This document shows, piece after piece, positions 46,235 through 55,136 of a stretch of DNA of 64,000 nucleotides. A program made the position numbers and the translations under genes. The stretch lies in assembly GCA_035528795.1 (NCBI GenBank), contig DATKXY010000274.1:958-64957 (forward strand), written 5' to 3'. Below the pieces are notes generated by a model, which searched no databases, was not told where the DNA came from, and worked only from the letters and a program-made list of their open reading frames with translations. The stretch's first letter is position 1; every line of letters begins with the position of its first letter. The stretch comes from an archaeon (GTDB lineage Bacteria > Gemmatimonadota > Glassbacteria > GWA2-58-10).

Positions 46235-47239
46235 ATGCCTGGAGTTCTGAAAAAGTTCAAAAAAGGCGATGTGATTATCGCCGAGGGTACCACAGGCAAA
46301 TTCCTTTATATCATTGAATCTGGCAAAGTCGAGGTGACCAAGGAAAGCCCTACCGGTCCTTTGCAACTTGCCACTTTGGGCCCCAATGAAGTTTTCGGCG
46401 AAATGAGCCTGATTGACGACCGTTTCAGCCGCCGCACCGCCACAGTCCGAGCCATTGAGGACAGCCAGGTAATAGTCCTCGACAGACGGGGGTTTGACAG
46501 TTACATCAATCAGGCCTCCCCCGGTATCTTCAACCTGATCAAAAGACTCTCCAAACGTCTGCGGGAAACAAACGATATTATCACCCGCGCTGGTGGAGAT
46601 GTGCATAACCTTCCTAAAGCCCTCAAAACAAAACCGGTCACCGGGGATAAAGAGCAAAAACTCACTTTCGACCAGATGGCTGAATCAGTAGAAGCCGCAG
46701 TTGACCTCAACCTCATGCCGAAAAAATTCAAAAAAGACCAATTGCTGATCAGGGAGAACGCCGATGCAATGAGCCTTTTCCTGATCAGGGACGGAGCAGT
46801 CAAGATTTTCAAGAAACTGGGCGACCAGGAAGTCGAGATCGACACTCTCTGCGCCAGTGAGGTGTTTGGCGAGATCAGCATGTTCGGCGACGGGAAGCGC
46901 TTTGTGACTGCAAAAGCCATTGAAGACGGGGAAGCGGTCGTTTTCAGCAAGAAACAAATGGACGAAATGCTTCGCAAAGCCCCGCTCGAGCTTTTTTTGA
47001 TTATGGAATGCATGACCCAGAAGTTGAAAAGGATTACCTTGCGTTTTCTGGAACAGATGGATGAAAAACAAAAATCAGAGAGTGTGTGCCGGAAACTGGA
47101 AGCGGAGCTGAACGACTTGAAAAAAGAGAATTTGACGCTTCAGGAAAACCTCAAGAAAATGCGCGAAAATCAAACTGCCAGACCTGCTTTCACCCCTGTC
47201 GATCCCGCTTCGCCACCCCAGGATAATGAGATCACCTGA
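46235..47239 (+). CDS. Tandem cyclic-nucleotide-binding (cNMP) domain protein with a C-terminal coiled-coil. No recognisable HTH.
   Basis: Two cNMP motifs, FGEMSLIDDRFSRRTATVRA and FGEISMFGDGKRFVTAKA (the conserved Gly-Glu...Arg-(T/S)-A phosphate-binding cassette). The C-terminal KLEAELNDLKKENLTLQENLKKM is coiled-coil. Confidence 0.75.
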   Translation: MPGVLKKFKKGDVIIAEGTTGKFLYIIESGKVEVTKESPTGPLQLATLGPNEVFGEMSLIDDRFSRRTATVRAIEDSQVIVLDRRGFDSYINQASPGIFNLIKRLSKRLRETNDIITRAGGDVHNLPKALKTKPVTGDKEQKLTFDQMAESVEAAVDLNLMPKKFKKDQLLIRENADAMSLFLIRDGAVKIFKKLGDQEVEIDTLCASEVFGEISMFGDGKRFVTAKAIEDGEAVVFSKKQMDEMLRKAPLELFLIMECMTQKLKRITLRFLEQMDEKQKSESVCRKLEAELNDLKKENLTLQENLKKMRENQTARPAFTPVDPASPPQDNEIT

Positions 47240-47248
47240 GCCTTTTCA

Positions 47249-47290
47249 GGCAGAACTTCGCCCCTGCCATCCGGATTTCACCTTTATTTC
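47249..47290 (+). terminator. Candidate intrinsic terminator after the cNMP-binding gene
   Basis: ggcagaacttcgcccctgcc has a 5-bp GC stem and is followed by the T-rich tract atttcacctttatttcttct. It is weak. Confidence 0.25.
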
Positions 47291-47298
47291 TTCTAAAA

Positions 47299-47324
47299 TC
47301 TAGCCAAAGATATTTGAAATTTAT
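47299..47324. repeat. Second copy of the 26-nt repeat tctagccaaagatatttgaaatttat
   Basis: 25 of 26 positions match 29415-29440. Confidence 0.5.
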
Positions 47325-47439
47325 TTTATCTAACCACTAAGTAACTATGTTGCTTAGTGCTATAGTTCGAAAGTTCGGAGATGTATTTTATTCATAGTAC
47401 ACGAGTCCTTAAATGCGGCTAAGCGGTCGCCCTCTGGCA

Positions 47440-47660
47440 GTTCCACGGATCCAGTTTATGCGGCGGGCGGAGAATGTCTTGAGCGCCCGCACTATTTCGG
47501 GCAATCCAGGAGTAGGGGCGGGTTTTAAACCCGCCCTCCCGGCTGTGAATAATCGTGACCTTTCAGGCGAATCGAACCACGGTGATAGTTCGTTAAGGGC
47601 GGGTTTGAAACCCGCCCCTACCAGTAAAAATGTCTGGATTGAATAATACGTCATAATATT
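47440..47660. repeat. Structured repeat element, copy D. It is a tandem duplication of a module made of a perfect GC palindrome plus TGAATAAT.
   Basis: GGGCGGGTTTTAAACCCGCCC (47516-47536, a perfect 21-nt palindrome) and GGGCGGGTTTGAAACCCGCCC (47597-47617), 81 bp apart. Each is followed within 10-23 nt by TGAATAAT (47546-47553 and 47640-47647). The core matches the TGTGAATAAT motif of copies A and B. Confidence 0.55.
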
Positions 47661-47967
47661 TATGAAATCATATACTTAGTGTCTTTGTGGTTAAAAATGT
47701 AAGAGATATTCTCTTAGAGCGAATTTGTAAGAATCTATTGGCATCCAGTTTATGTCAGAATGATTCTTGAGTTTGACCTGGAGCTTGTTTATAGTTAAAT
47801 TTTTTGTTAGTGGAGTTATATCCGCACTGTTCAGGGTGATTAGAGAATCCGGTGGTGGGGGCCGGCCCCCACGCCCCTCTTTCGCCCACTTAAACTATCT
47901 GTAACCTTGCAGTCAAACCGACTGGTTTTTTATGACCAACCCAGGTTAAAACAAGGAACCTCCGTCA

Positions 47968-48927
47968 GTGGAAAAAACTCTGCTCAAGCCCCGAAGACTC
48001 AAACAGGGTGACACCGTGGGCCTGGCAGCCCCGGCAAGCCCCCTGCTCACTTACCGCGATATCTCGCGGGCCGAGCATGTGCTCGCCGGCATGGGGTTCA
48101 AGGTGCGCCGCGGCCGGTTCATTCGCCGCAGGACAGGCTTTCTCGCCGGCAGCGACCGTGAGCGCGCCGCTGATCTCAACTCCATGTTCGCAGACCCCTC
48201 GGTGCAAGGTATTTTCACCCTCCGGGGCGGCTACGGAAGCGGCCGCCTGCTCGGGCTTCTCGATTGGGACACTATCCAGGCCAACCCCAAGGTCATTGTC
48301 GGCCACAGCGATCTGACCGCGCTGCTTATCTCTATTTACCAGCGGACAGGCATGGTAACTTTCTGGGGCCCGCTGGCAGGCTACGATCTCGGCCGCTCAC
48401 CCTCCCCTTTTAAACTGAAATGGCTCAAAGCAGTGACTTGCGAAAGCCAGTCCGGCATGAGGCTGCCCAAAGGCCCGGGAGCCGCGGGCCGCCGCTGGCG
48501 CGTGCTGGGCGGGAGCGGGGTGGCCGAGGGCCGCCTGGTCGGAGGGAACCTGAGCCTTCTGGCAAGCCTGATGGGCACGCCGTATGAAATCGACACCAGG
48601 GGCAAGCTCCTTTTTTTCGAAGATGTGGATGAAGACCCATACAGGATCGACCGGATGCTCAATCAGCTCGATCTGGCGGATAAATTGCGCGCGGCTGCGG
48701 GGATTCTGGTGGGACGGTTCATGAACTGCGAGTCAAGCGGAAGGATGCGGCGCTCGTTCGGTTTGCGCCATGTGCTGAAAGAAAGATTGGGCGGCCTCGG
48801 CATCCCGGTGGTCTATGGAGCTCCTATCGGTCACGAGCCTGAAAAAATAACCCTTCCCCTCGGAGTAACGGCCCGCCTGTCGGCCAAGGACAGGAGCCTC
48901 ACCCTGCTCGAGCCGGCGGTCTTGTGA
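47968..48927 (+). CDS. ldcA: LD-carboxypeptidase (muramoyltetrapeptide carboxypeptidase, peptidase S66)
   Basis: GDTVGLAAPASP...GYGSGRLL...KVIVGHSDLTALL (nucleophilic Ser in GHSD) ... C-terminal AP/IGHE catalytic region. GTG start. Confidence 0.75.
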   Translation: MEKTLLKPRRLKQGDTVGLAAPASPLLTYRDISRAEHVLAGMGFKVRRGRFIRRRTGFLAGSDRERAADLNSMFADPSVQGIFTLRGGYGSGRLLGLLDWDTIQANPKVIVGHSDLTALLISIYQRTGMVTFWGPLAGYDLGRSPSPFKLKWLKAVTCESQSGMRLPKGPGAAGRRWRVLGGSGVAEGRLVGGNLSLLASLMGTPYEIDTRGKLLFFEDVDEDPYRIDRMLNQLDLADKLRAAAGILVGRFMNCESSGRMRRSFGLRHVLKERLGGLGIPVVYGAPIGHEPEKITLPLGVTARLSAKDRSLTLLEPAVL

Positions 48928-48977
48928 GGGACCGGTCAAGCCTTCGTGAAACCTGAAAAAAGCTTCTCCTGAAATAA

Positions 48978-51698
48978 TCAAAAAAAGCTCCGCAGCTTTT
49001 CCTTCACCTGTTCATAGGAACAGGGCTTGAGAAGGAAATCATTGGCGCCTTCCTTAGTGGTCTGCTTGAGAAGGATACTCGAGTTCAGGTCGCTCATCAC
49101 GATTACCGGCAAATCCCTGGTCTTCTCTTCCGATCTCAGCGCCTTGAGCGCTTCAAGGCCATTCATCACGGGCATCCGTAAATCGAGAAAAATAATATCC
49201 GGTCTGTCCTTGGCCGTTTTGGCCAGCGCCGCCCTGCCATTGATAGCGGCTGTTGCTTTGAACCCGTCCTTAACGAGCTTGCGGCACATATCCTGGCAGA
49301 ACTGGATGTCGTCATCGGCCACCAGTACGTTTATACCATTTTCCCGCTTGCTGATTTTGGTCATCGAGCGCTCGAGATTATTTTTCACCATCTCATTCTT
49401 ATCGTTGACCACAGCTTTTAAAAGCGCCTTCAACTGCGGCTGATTGTGCCCGATCTCGCCGATAACCCACACTGCGCTGGCCCGCATCTTGGGTTCCAGG
49501 TCCAGCAGCATATCCTGCAGCACAGTGTCAATCTCCTTGTGGCCGAAATTCCAGATCGCCTTGAGCGCATTGGCTCTCACCCGGTTGTCCTTGTCGAACT
49601 TGTATTTCATCAGGATGCCCAGGACATTGCGGTTACCTATCGCTTCGAGCGACTCGATCACATTGGCCCTCACCCTGGCATCCGGATCATTCAGCAGTTT
49701 CATCAACAGGCCGGATTCTTTCTGGTTCAGCATATCGGCAATCAACTTGACTGCTGTCGCCCGTACCTTGTTATCTTCATCGATCACGATCTCAGACAGG
49801 GTCCTAGCTGTAAAATCGGCGTTTTCGTGAATCAAAATGGCCAGAACCTTTTGAGTGGTCTTGGGATTGGTCAGTTCCATATCTTTCAGGTAGCCGTATT
49901 TATTATCCAGGCCGACCACCAGCTCGATGAGCTTTTTTTTCTGCTGGATACCCAGCACAGGCTTTTCTTCATTCTCCTTCAATATCCGCAGGATGATCTT
50001 TATCACTGTGTTGCGGGCCATGTTGCGCAAAAACTCACTCTTGTACTGGGAAAGCGGAAGAATATGTCTGAGGGTTTCCAGCCCGCCCAGGTAAGCTATT
50101 TCTTTCAGGACTTTAATCTTTGTCGGGTCGGGCATTTGTTTCAATTCAGCGGCCAGAAGGACAACCCGTTTTTCCGGATCCTTCTCATCCGCAGAGCTTT
50201 TTTTCTCTCCGACCGCCTCTGCTCCCGGCTCCTCCTTCCTGCCCGGTTCTGTTTTCTCTTCCACCGGCGCCTCTGCACCCTCAGGTGACGGCTCTTCTTT
50301 CAATTCAGTCTTTAAAGCTTCAATCTCACCCCGGACTTCCTCAAAGATCTGCCTGGCCTTTTTCTCGATCTGGGCTCTCTGGAAAGCGGACAACTCGACA
50401 AAAAAATACAGGCTCTGGGTGAGCCGCATTATGTTTTCGTTATAGGTACGGATGATCTTATTCTGGTAGTCCACGTTATTTTTCTTCTTGTATTCCTCGA
50501 GCTTCTTTTCGACCAGGGATATCTGTTCCTCGAGCAGGGAAACGTTGCCCAGCCGATGAATCAAGAGATTAATGTCGCTTTCTTCCAAGGGGTTTTCTCT
50601 TTTTTCGCTGTCCGCCTTGGACCCTTCTGATTCATCGAGTTTTTTACGGAAAAGCAGGTACGACTCCAACTGGGATTTCTGTTCAAGAGAAAGCCTCTGT
50701 TTGTCCGCGTCCTTGATCTCCAGCAAGCTTACCAGTCTGACTACTGTATCGTAATCCATTTCATCGATCCAGGCCTTGCGGTTGTCCTTGGCCACCTTTG
50801 CCCCTGAATTCATGGCAATGATTCTCTTATAAACCAAAGCCTCCAGCAGGGCTTCAAGTTCAAACTCGTAGTATGTGCGGAACTTTTCCAGCAGGCCCTT
50901 GATCACGTTCTGGCTGTCTGTAATATATACCTCATCTATCACCTGTCTGATCTCGCTGAGCGGATCATGGTCGCGGCTCGTTTCGATCAGTTTGTTGGCC
51001 CAAAATTTCAGCTTGTGGCAAATCAGAACCTGCTTTTTCAGGCTGGAAATCGGTTCTCCATGCTGGATTTCATCATCCAGCCTCTGGGAAAGCGAAGTTT
51101 TCTTGCCCTGGTCCAGCCTGGTGCGTTCTACATTCAGAGTATTGAACTGATCTAGATAAAAGAAAAACCGCAGCAGCGTATCCTCTTCATCGATAAAACT
51201 CTTGAAGCGGCTTTTCACCGACTCCAGCTTTTCTCCCTCGATACTTTCCTGCTGGTAAGTATAACGTAAAAAGATCAGGATAAAATAATGCCCGAATAAC
51301 GAGACATCTCCGGCAAACAGCTTTTCCAGGGCATCAAGCTTGGTGCTGAAATATTCTTCCAGGACGGCCTGGCGACTTTCCGCGTTACCCGCAGTGGTGA
51401 GCCTGTCATTGAAAACAGAGTCCAGAATCGCAAATGCCCCGATAAAGGTCTCACCGAGGGTAGTTTTTTCCAGGCGCAAATTCGGATGCTGGTCCAAAAA
51501 GAACTGTCTGAATCTGCCGTCTTTTGTCAGTTTGTCGTAGCGCCCCCCGAAGATCAGAGGGATATCTTCCTTAAGCCGGTTCAATCCCTCCTGAACACTC
51601 AGGCTTTTCAAGGAATTGATCCGGTTTTCAAGAAATTTGCGAGCCTCGACACCCGGATTTAGTCTCAGACCGAATTGCATAAGTATCTCTTTCTTCAT
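48978..51698 (-). CDS. 906-aa protein with a large N-terminal unknown domain, PBS-lyase-type HEAT repeats, a Glu/Lys-rich linker and a C-terminal response-regulator receiver (REC) domain
   Basis: The C-terminus INVLVADDDIQFC...DIIFLDLRMPVMNGLEALK...PVIVMSD...ANDFLLKP is a CheY-like REC with the phospho-acceptor Asp in FLDL. The HEAT repeats include LLNDPDARVRANVIESL, DKDNRVRANALKAI and LLDLEPKMRASAVWVIG. Confidence 0.65.
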   Translation of the reverse strand: MKKEILMQFGLRLNPGVEARKFLENRINSLKSLSVQEGLNRLKEDIPLIFGGRYDKLTKDGRFRQFFLDQHPNLRLEKTTLGETFIGAFAILDSVFNDRLTTAGNAESRQAVLEEYFSTKLDALEKLFAGDVSLFGHYFILIFLRYTYQQESIEGEKLESVKSRFKSFIDEEDTLLRFFFYLDQFNTLNVERTRLDQGKKTSLSQRLDDEIQHGEPISSLKKQVLICHKLKFWANKLIETSRDHDPLSEIRQVIDEVYITDSQNVIKGLLEKFRTYYEFELEALLEALVYKRIIAMNSGAKVAKDNRKAWIDEMDYDTVVRLVSLLEIKDADKQRLSLEQKSQLESYLLFRKKLDESEGSKADSEKRENPLEESDINLLIHRLGNVSLLEEQISLVEKKLEEYKKKNNVDYQNKIIRTYNENIMRLTQSLYFFVELSAFQRAQIEKKARQIFEEVRGEIEALKTELKEEPSPEGAEAPVEEKTEPGRKEEPGAEAVGEKKSSADEKDPEKRVVLLAAELKQMPDPTKIKVLKEIAYLGGLETLRHILPLSQYKSEFLRNMARNTVIKIILRILKENEEKPVLGIQQKKKLIELVVGLDNKYGYLKDMELTNPKTTQKVLAILIHENADFTARTLSEIVIDEDNKVRATAVKLIADMLNQKESGLLMKLLNDPDARVRANVIESLEAIGNRNVLGILMKYKFDKDNRVRANALKAIWNFGHKEIDTVLQDMLLDLEPKMRASAVWVIGEIGHNQPQLKALLKAVVNDKNEMVKNNLERSMTKISKRENGINVLVADDDIQFCQDMCRKLVKDGFKATAAINGRAALAKTAKDRPDIIFLDLRMPVMNGLEALKALRSEEKTRDLPVIVMSDLNSSILLKQTTKEGANDFLLKPCSYEQVKEKLRSFF

Positions 51699-52294
51699 CA
51701 GGGGTACATTCGATTAGTACATTATCTATAATAATTGGACATGATATTTAAATCAATCATGTTGTCAAGAAAACAGCTTGCAAGCTTCCCCTTGAATTCC
51801 TCTCTCTTGATATGTACCCGCCGGCTCTCAAGCCGGGAGTTCTATTTTCAAACCTGGAGGCCCGCCAATAATTAAATACTTTCCGCCAAATAACTTTTCA
51901 AAACTAACCCTTCGGGAGAAAAAATATTGACAGTTTGTTCCCTTAAGTTTAAAATAAGGTTATGCATTTCAACCGGTCTCACCACTTGCGGAAAAAGCGT
52001 TCAGACCCTAAGTGAGAAAAACGATTTAAATCATTTTTTCACTATCCAAGTCGCCGAGGGTGTGTCGATGATCAGTCTGATAAGTTTAGAAAAAGGCCGG
52101 TCCTGGTGCGGCAGGGAATTCCTTTGGCGTAAACTTCACCATAACGCCCGAGCACTATTACGCCCGCAACCCTAGAAGACAAAATGAGCTTGTTTTTTCT
52201 GACACCGTGGGCGCTATAAAGCTTCCGCGGTTTTTTGATTTAAAGGAGTACCTGGTCTCGCGCCGCTGGTACCGAAAAGATTGGGGATCCTCTT

Positions 52295-53782
52295 ATGTCA
52301 CAAATAATTCCCGAGAAGAAAGAGTTCCTTGCCAAAGCCAAACCAGGCAGAATCGTCTCGGTGGCTACCGAGCTTTACACGGATACCGAGACACCAATCA
52401 GCGTGTTCAAGAAAATCTGCGAGCCGAGCGAATACGCTTTTCTATTGGAAAGCGTGGAGATGGAGGAAAAGATCGGACGTTTCTCTTTCCTCGGTCTCTC
52501 TCCATATGTCACTTTCCAGGCTCGCGGCTCACAGATCGAGTTAACCAGAGATGGAAAGGTGAGCCGCTTCGAGGGTAATCCGATAGAATACCTGAAAGAC
52601 TGGATAAAAACTTACAAACCGGTGCCGATCGAGGGGCTGCCCAGGTTTCAATGCGGAATTGTGGGTTACTTTTCTTATGATATCGTCCGCTATTTTGAAA
52701 AAATTCCCTGTACCAAGCCCGACCCTCTGGTCCTTCCTGATTGCTTCCTGATGGTTGCTGACCGGTTGATTGTTTTTGACCATGTCAAGCATACCCTGAT
52801 TGTCATTGTCAGTGCCTTTATCGAAAAAGGCGACCACCCGGACTCGATTTATGAGGCGACCTGCGAAAAAATACGCTGGATTGTCCGGCGGATTAATGAA
52901 ATCGTGCTCGTGCCCCAGAACCTGAGGCCGCCGAGCGAAAGATCATCCCTTAAAACCTCTTCGAACACCACCTGCGAGGATTACATAAGGATGGTGCGGC
53001 GGGCCAAAGAATATATTTACAAGGGAGACATTTTCCAGGTCGTGCTGAGCCAGCGGCTGTCTGCAGAGCTCAAGGGAGACCCCTTCAATGTCTACCGGGC
53101 GCTGCGGCGGATCAACCCCTCACCTTATATGTTTTACCTGAAGTTTGGAGAGCTTAAGATCGCCGGCTCGTCACCGGAGGTTCTGGTCAGGGTGGAAAAT
53201 GGAGTGGTCACTAGCCGGCCCCTGGCAGGCACCAGGCCGCGCGGAGCAAGTCCCGAGAAAGATAAAAAGCTCGAAAAAGAGCTGCTGGCAGATCCCAAGG
53301 AAAGGGCCGAGCATGTGATGCTTGTCGATCTGGGGCGCAACGATCTGGGGCGCATCTGCCGCTACGGCACAGTCAAGGTCACCGAGCAGCTGGCTATCGA
53401 GCGCTATTCCCACGTAATGCATATTGTGTCCAATGTAGAAGGCCGCCTGCGGCCGGAGGTCAACGCCCTCGATGTACTGGGCGCCTGTTTCCCTGCGGGC
53501 ACTGTGAGCGGCGCCCCGAAAGTCAGGGCCATGGAGATTATCGATGAACTGGAGAAAGAAACCAGGGGCATCTACGCCGGAAGCGTGGGCTATATCGATT
53601 TTTCCGGGAACCTGGATTTTTGTATCACCATCCGCACAATCGTGATTAAAGGCTCCACCGCTTATGTTCAGGCCGGGGCCGGCCTGGTCGCCGACTCCGA
53701 TCCCCGGCGCGAGTACCAGGAAACTCTCAACAAAGCAAAAGCGCTGCTTAAAGCTATCGAGCAATCGCAGGAGTTCCTATGA
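52295..53782 (+). CDS. trpE: Anthranilate synthase component I
   Basis: [17 protein letters not shown] (Trp feedback region), [11 protein letters not shown], and the C-terminal chorismate-binding motifs [17 protein letters not shown]. Confidence 0.9.
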   Translation: MSQIIPEKKEFLAKAKPGRIVSVATELYTDTETPISVFKKICEPSEYAFLLESVEMEEKIGRFSFLGLSPYVTFQARGSQIELTRDGKVSRFEGNPIEYLKDWIKTYKPVPIEGLPRFQCGIVGYFSYDIVRYFEKIPCTKPDPLVLPDCFLMVADRLIVFDHVKHTLIVIVSAFIEKGDHPDSIYEATCEKIRWIVRRINEIVLVPQNLRPPSERSSLKTSSNTTCEDYIRMVRRAKEYIYKGDIFQVVLSQRLSAELKGDPFNVYRALRRINPSPYMFYLKFGELKIAGSSPEVLVRVENGVVTSRPLAGTRPRGASPEKDKKLEKELLADPKERAEHVMLVDLGRNDLGRICRYGTVKVTEQLAIERYSHVMHIVSNVEGRLRPEVNALDVLGACFPAGTVSGAPKVRAMEIIDELEKETRGIYAGSVGYIDFSGNLDFCITIRTIVIKGSTAYVQAGAGLVADSDPRREYQETLNKAKALLKAIEQSQEFL

Positions 53783-54351
53783 TCCTTGTCATTGACAACT
53801 ATGACTCTTTTACCTATAATCTCGTCCAGTATCTGGGTGAAATGGGCGCTGATATTGCTGTCTACCGCAACGATAAGATCACGGTAGAGGAGGCTGAAGC
53901 CCTGAATCCCAAGGGGCTGATCATCTCGCCCGGCCCGGGTACGCCGAATGATGCCGGGATATCGCTCAAGCTGATTACCCGTCTTGAAAACCGCCTCCCC
54001 ATCCTGGGTGTCTGCCTGGGCCACCAGTGCATAGGCCAGGCCTATGGAGGACGGGTGGTGGGAGCTCCCACTCTGATGCACGGTAAAACCAGTTTGATCC
54101 ATCACGATGGCTCATCTCTTTACAAAGGCGTCGCTAACCCCTTCGAAGCCACGCGCTACCATTCTCTGGTTGTGGACCGGGATTCTTTCCCCGGATGCCT
54201 CGCCATAACGGCCCGGACAGAGGACGGGGTGATTATGGGCCTGCGCCATGCCCAATTTCCAGTCGAAGGAGTGCAGTTCCACCCGGAATCGTTCCTGACT
54301 ACTGAGGGCAAAAAAATTCTGCGTAATTTTCTTGATCGGGTAAAAGAATAA
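53779..54351 (+). CDS. trpG: Anthranilate synthase component II (glutamine amidotransferase)
   Basis: [15 protein letters not shown]...ILGVCLGHQ (catalytic Cys)...HPES. The start overlaps the trpE stop. Confidence 0.85.
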   Translation: MILVIDNYDSFTYNLVQYLGEMGADIAVYRNDKITVEEAEALNPKGLIISPGPGTPNDAGISLKLITRLENRLPILGVCLGHQCIGQAYGGRVVGAPTLMHGKTSLIHHDGSSLYKGVANPFEATRYHSLVVDRDSFPGCLAITARTEDGVIMGLRHAQFPVEGVQFHPESFLTTEGKKILRNFLDRVKE

Positions 54352-54427
54352 AAACAAGTCACTACTGGAGCAGTCAGAATGGGAAAACTGGCACGAAGTT
54401 TTCAGGATCTACCGGAAGCCTGTTCTA

Positions 54428-55081
54428 ATGCCTGGGCGGAATTCTGTCTTCCGGGCACTGATCACTTTATATTTGAATAATTACCAAATGACGGCTATGG
54501 ACTACGGACGCATTAAAAGGGAACTAGGCCCGCCGGATGCCCGGTGGATCTGTGTGTTCGGCACCTCGGATCCTGCAGATACCCAAAGCGTGGAAGAATC
54601 CGAACGCATGGGGCGCGCTCTGGCTCAAGCCGGTTATGTCGTGGTTACCGGCGGCTACGGAGCGGCCATGGAGGGAGCAAACCGCGGAGCGCAAGCAGCC
54701 GGGGGGTATTCAGTCGGTGTTACCTGCTCCCTCTTTTCCCGTAAACCCAATGCCTATTTAAACCACAGGTTCGAGGCGGACAGCCTGCTCCAGAGGCTCG
54801 AAACCCTGCTCCGGCTCGGGGATGGTTATGTGGCTGGAAAAGGCGGGACAGGCACCCTGGCCGAGATTGCCCTGGCCTGGGAATATATCAACAAGCGCAT
54901 TCTGCCCGGCAGAGCACTGGTGCTCCTGGGCGACTTCTGGTCCGTGCTGCCTGAAATCATGCGCAACGCCAAGGCCGCCCCGGGTGTCAGTCTCGGACGG
55001 GCATCGGAATCAATAGCCACAGCCCGGGATGTCCAGGAGGCAGTGCGAATTCTCAATCAAACACTCGGCAAATCCGCATGA
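54428..55081 (+). CDS. LOG-family (TIGR00730-like Rossmann) protein, a putative nucleotide 5'-monophosphate nucleosidase, inserted in the trp operon
   Basis: ICVFGTSDP...YVVVTGGYGAAMEGANRGA...GGTGTLAEI matches the LOG family GGYGxME and GGxGTxxE motifs. The true start may be the internal ATG near 54488. Confidence 0.6.
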   Translation: MPGRNSVFRALITLYLNNYQMTAMDYGRIKRELGPPDARWICVFGTSDPADTQSVEESERMGRALAQAGYVVVTGGYGAAMEGANRGAQAAGGYSVGVTCSLFSRKPNAYLNHRFEADSLLQRLETLLRLGDGYVAGKGGTGTLAEIALAWEYINKRILPGRALVLLGDFWSVLPEIMRNAKAAPGVSLGRASESIATARDVQEAVRILNQTLGKSA

Positions 55082-55136
55082 GCTAAGATACGGTGGAGGC
55101 TGCCCGATACATTTGCAAGCAGCAGGAGAAATCAAC

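Noticed and set aside
47409-47654. Small ORFs on both strands (81 and 77 aa) in the repeat-rich non-coding region
   Set aside because: They are built from the palindromic repeat DNA, which is why both strands give an ORF. No RBS is present, and the composition is unlike the coding regions.
49446-50288. 280-aa plus-strand ORF
   Set aside because: It is antisense to the HEAT/REC gene. Its translation is Gln/His-rich with low complexity.
52207-52578. 123-aa plus-strand ORF starting in the trpE leader
   Set aside because: It runs out of frame into trpE and has no RBS. Only its two TGG codons in the leader are noted, in the trpE-leader finding.
53171-54105. Minus-strand ORFs of 197 and 145 aa
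   Set aside because: They are antisense to trpE and trpG.
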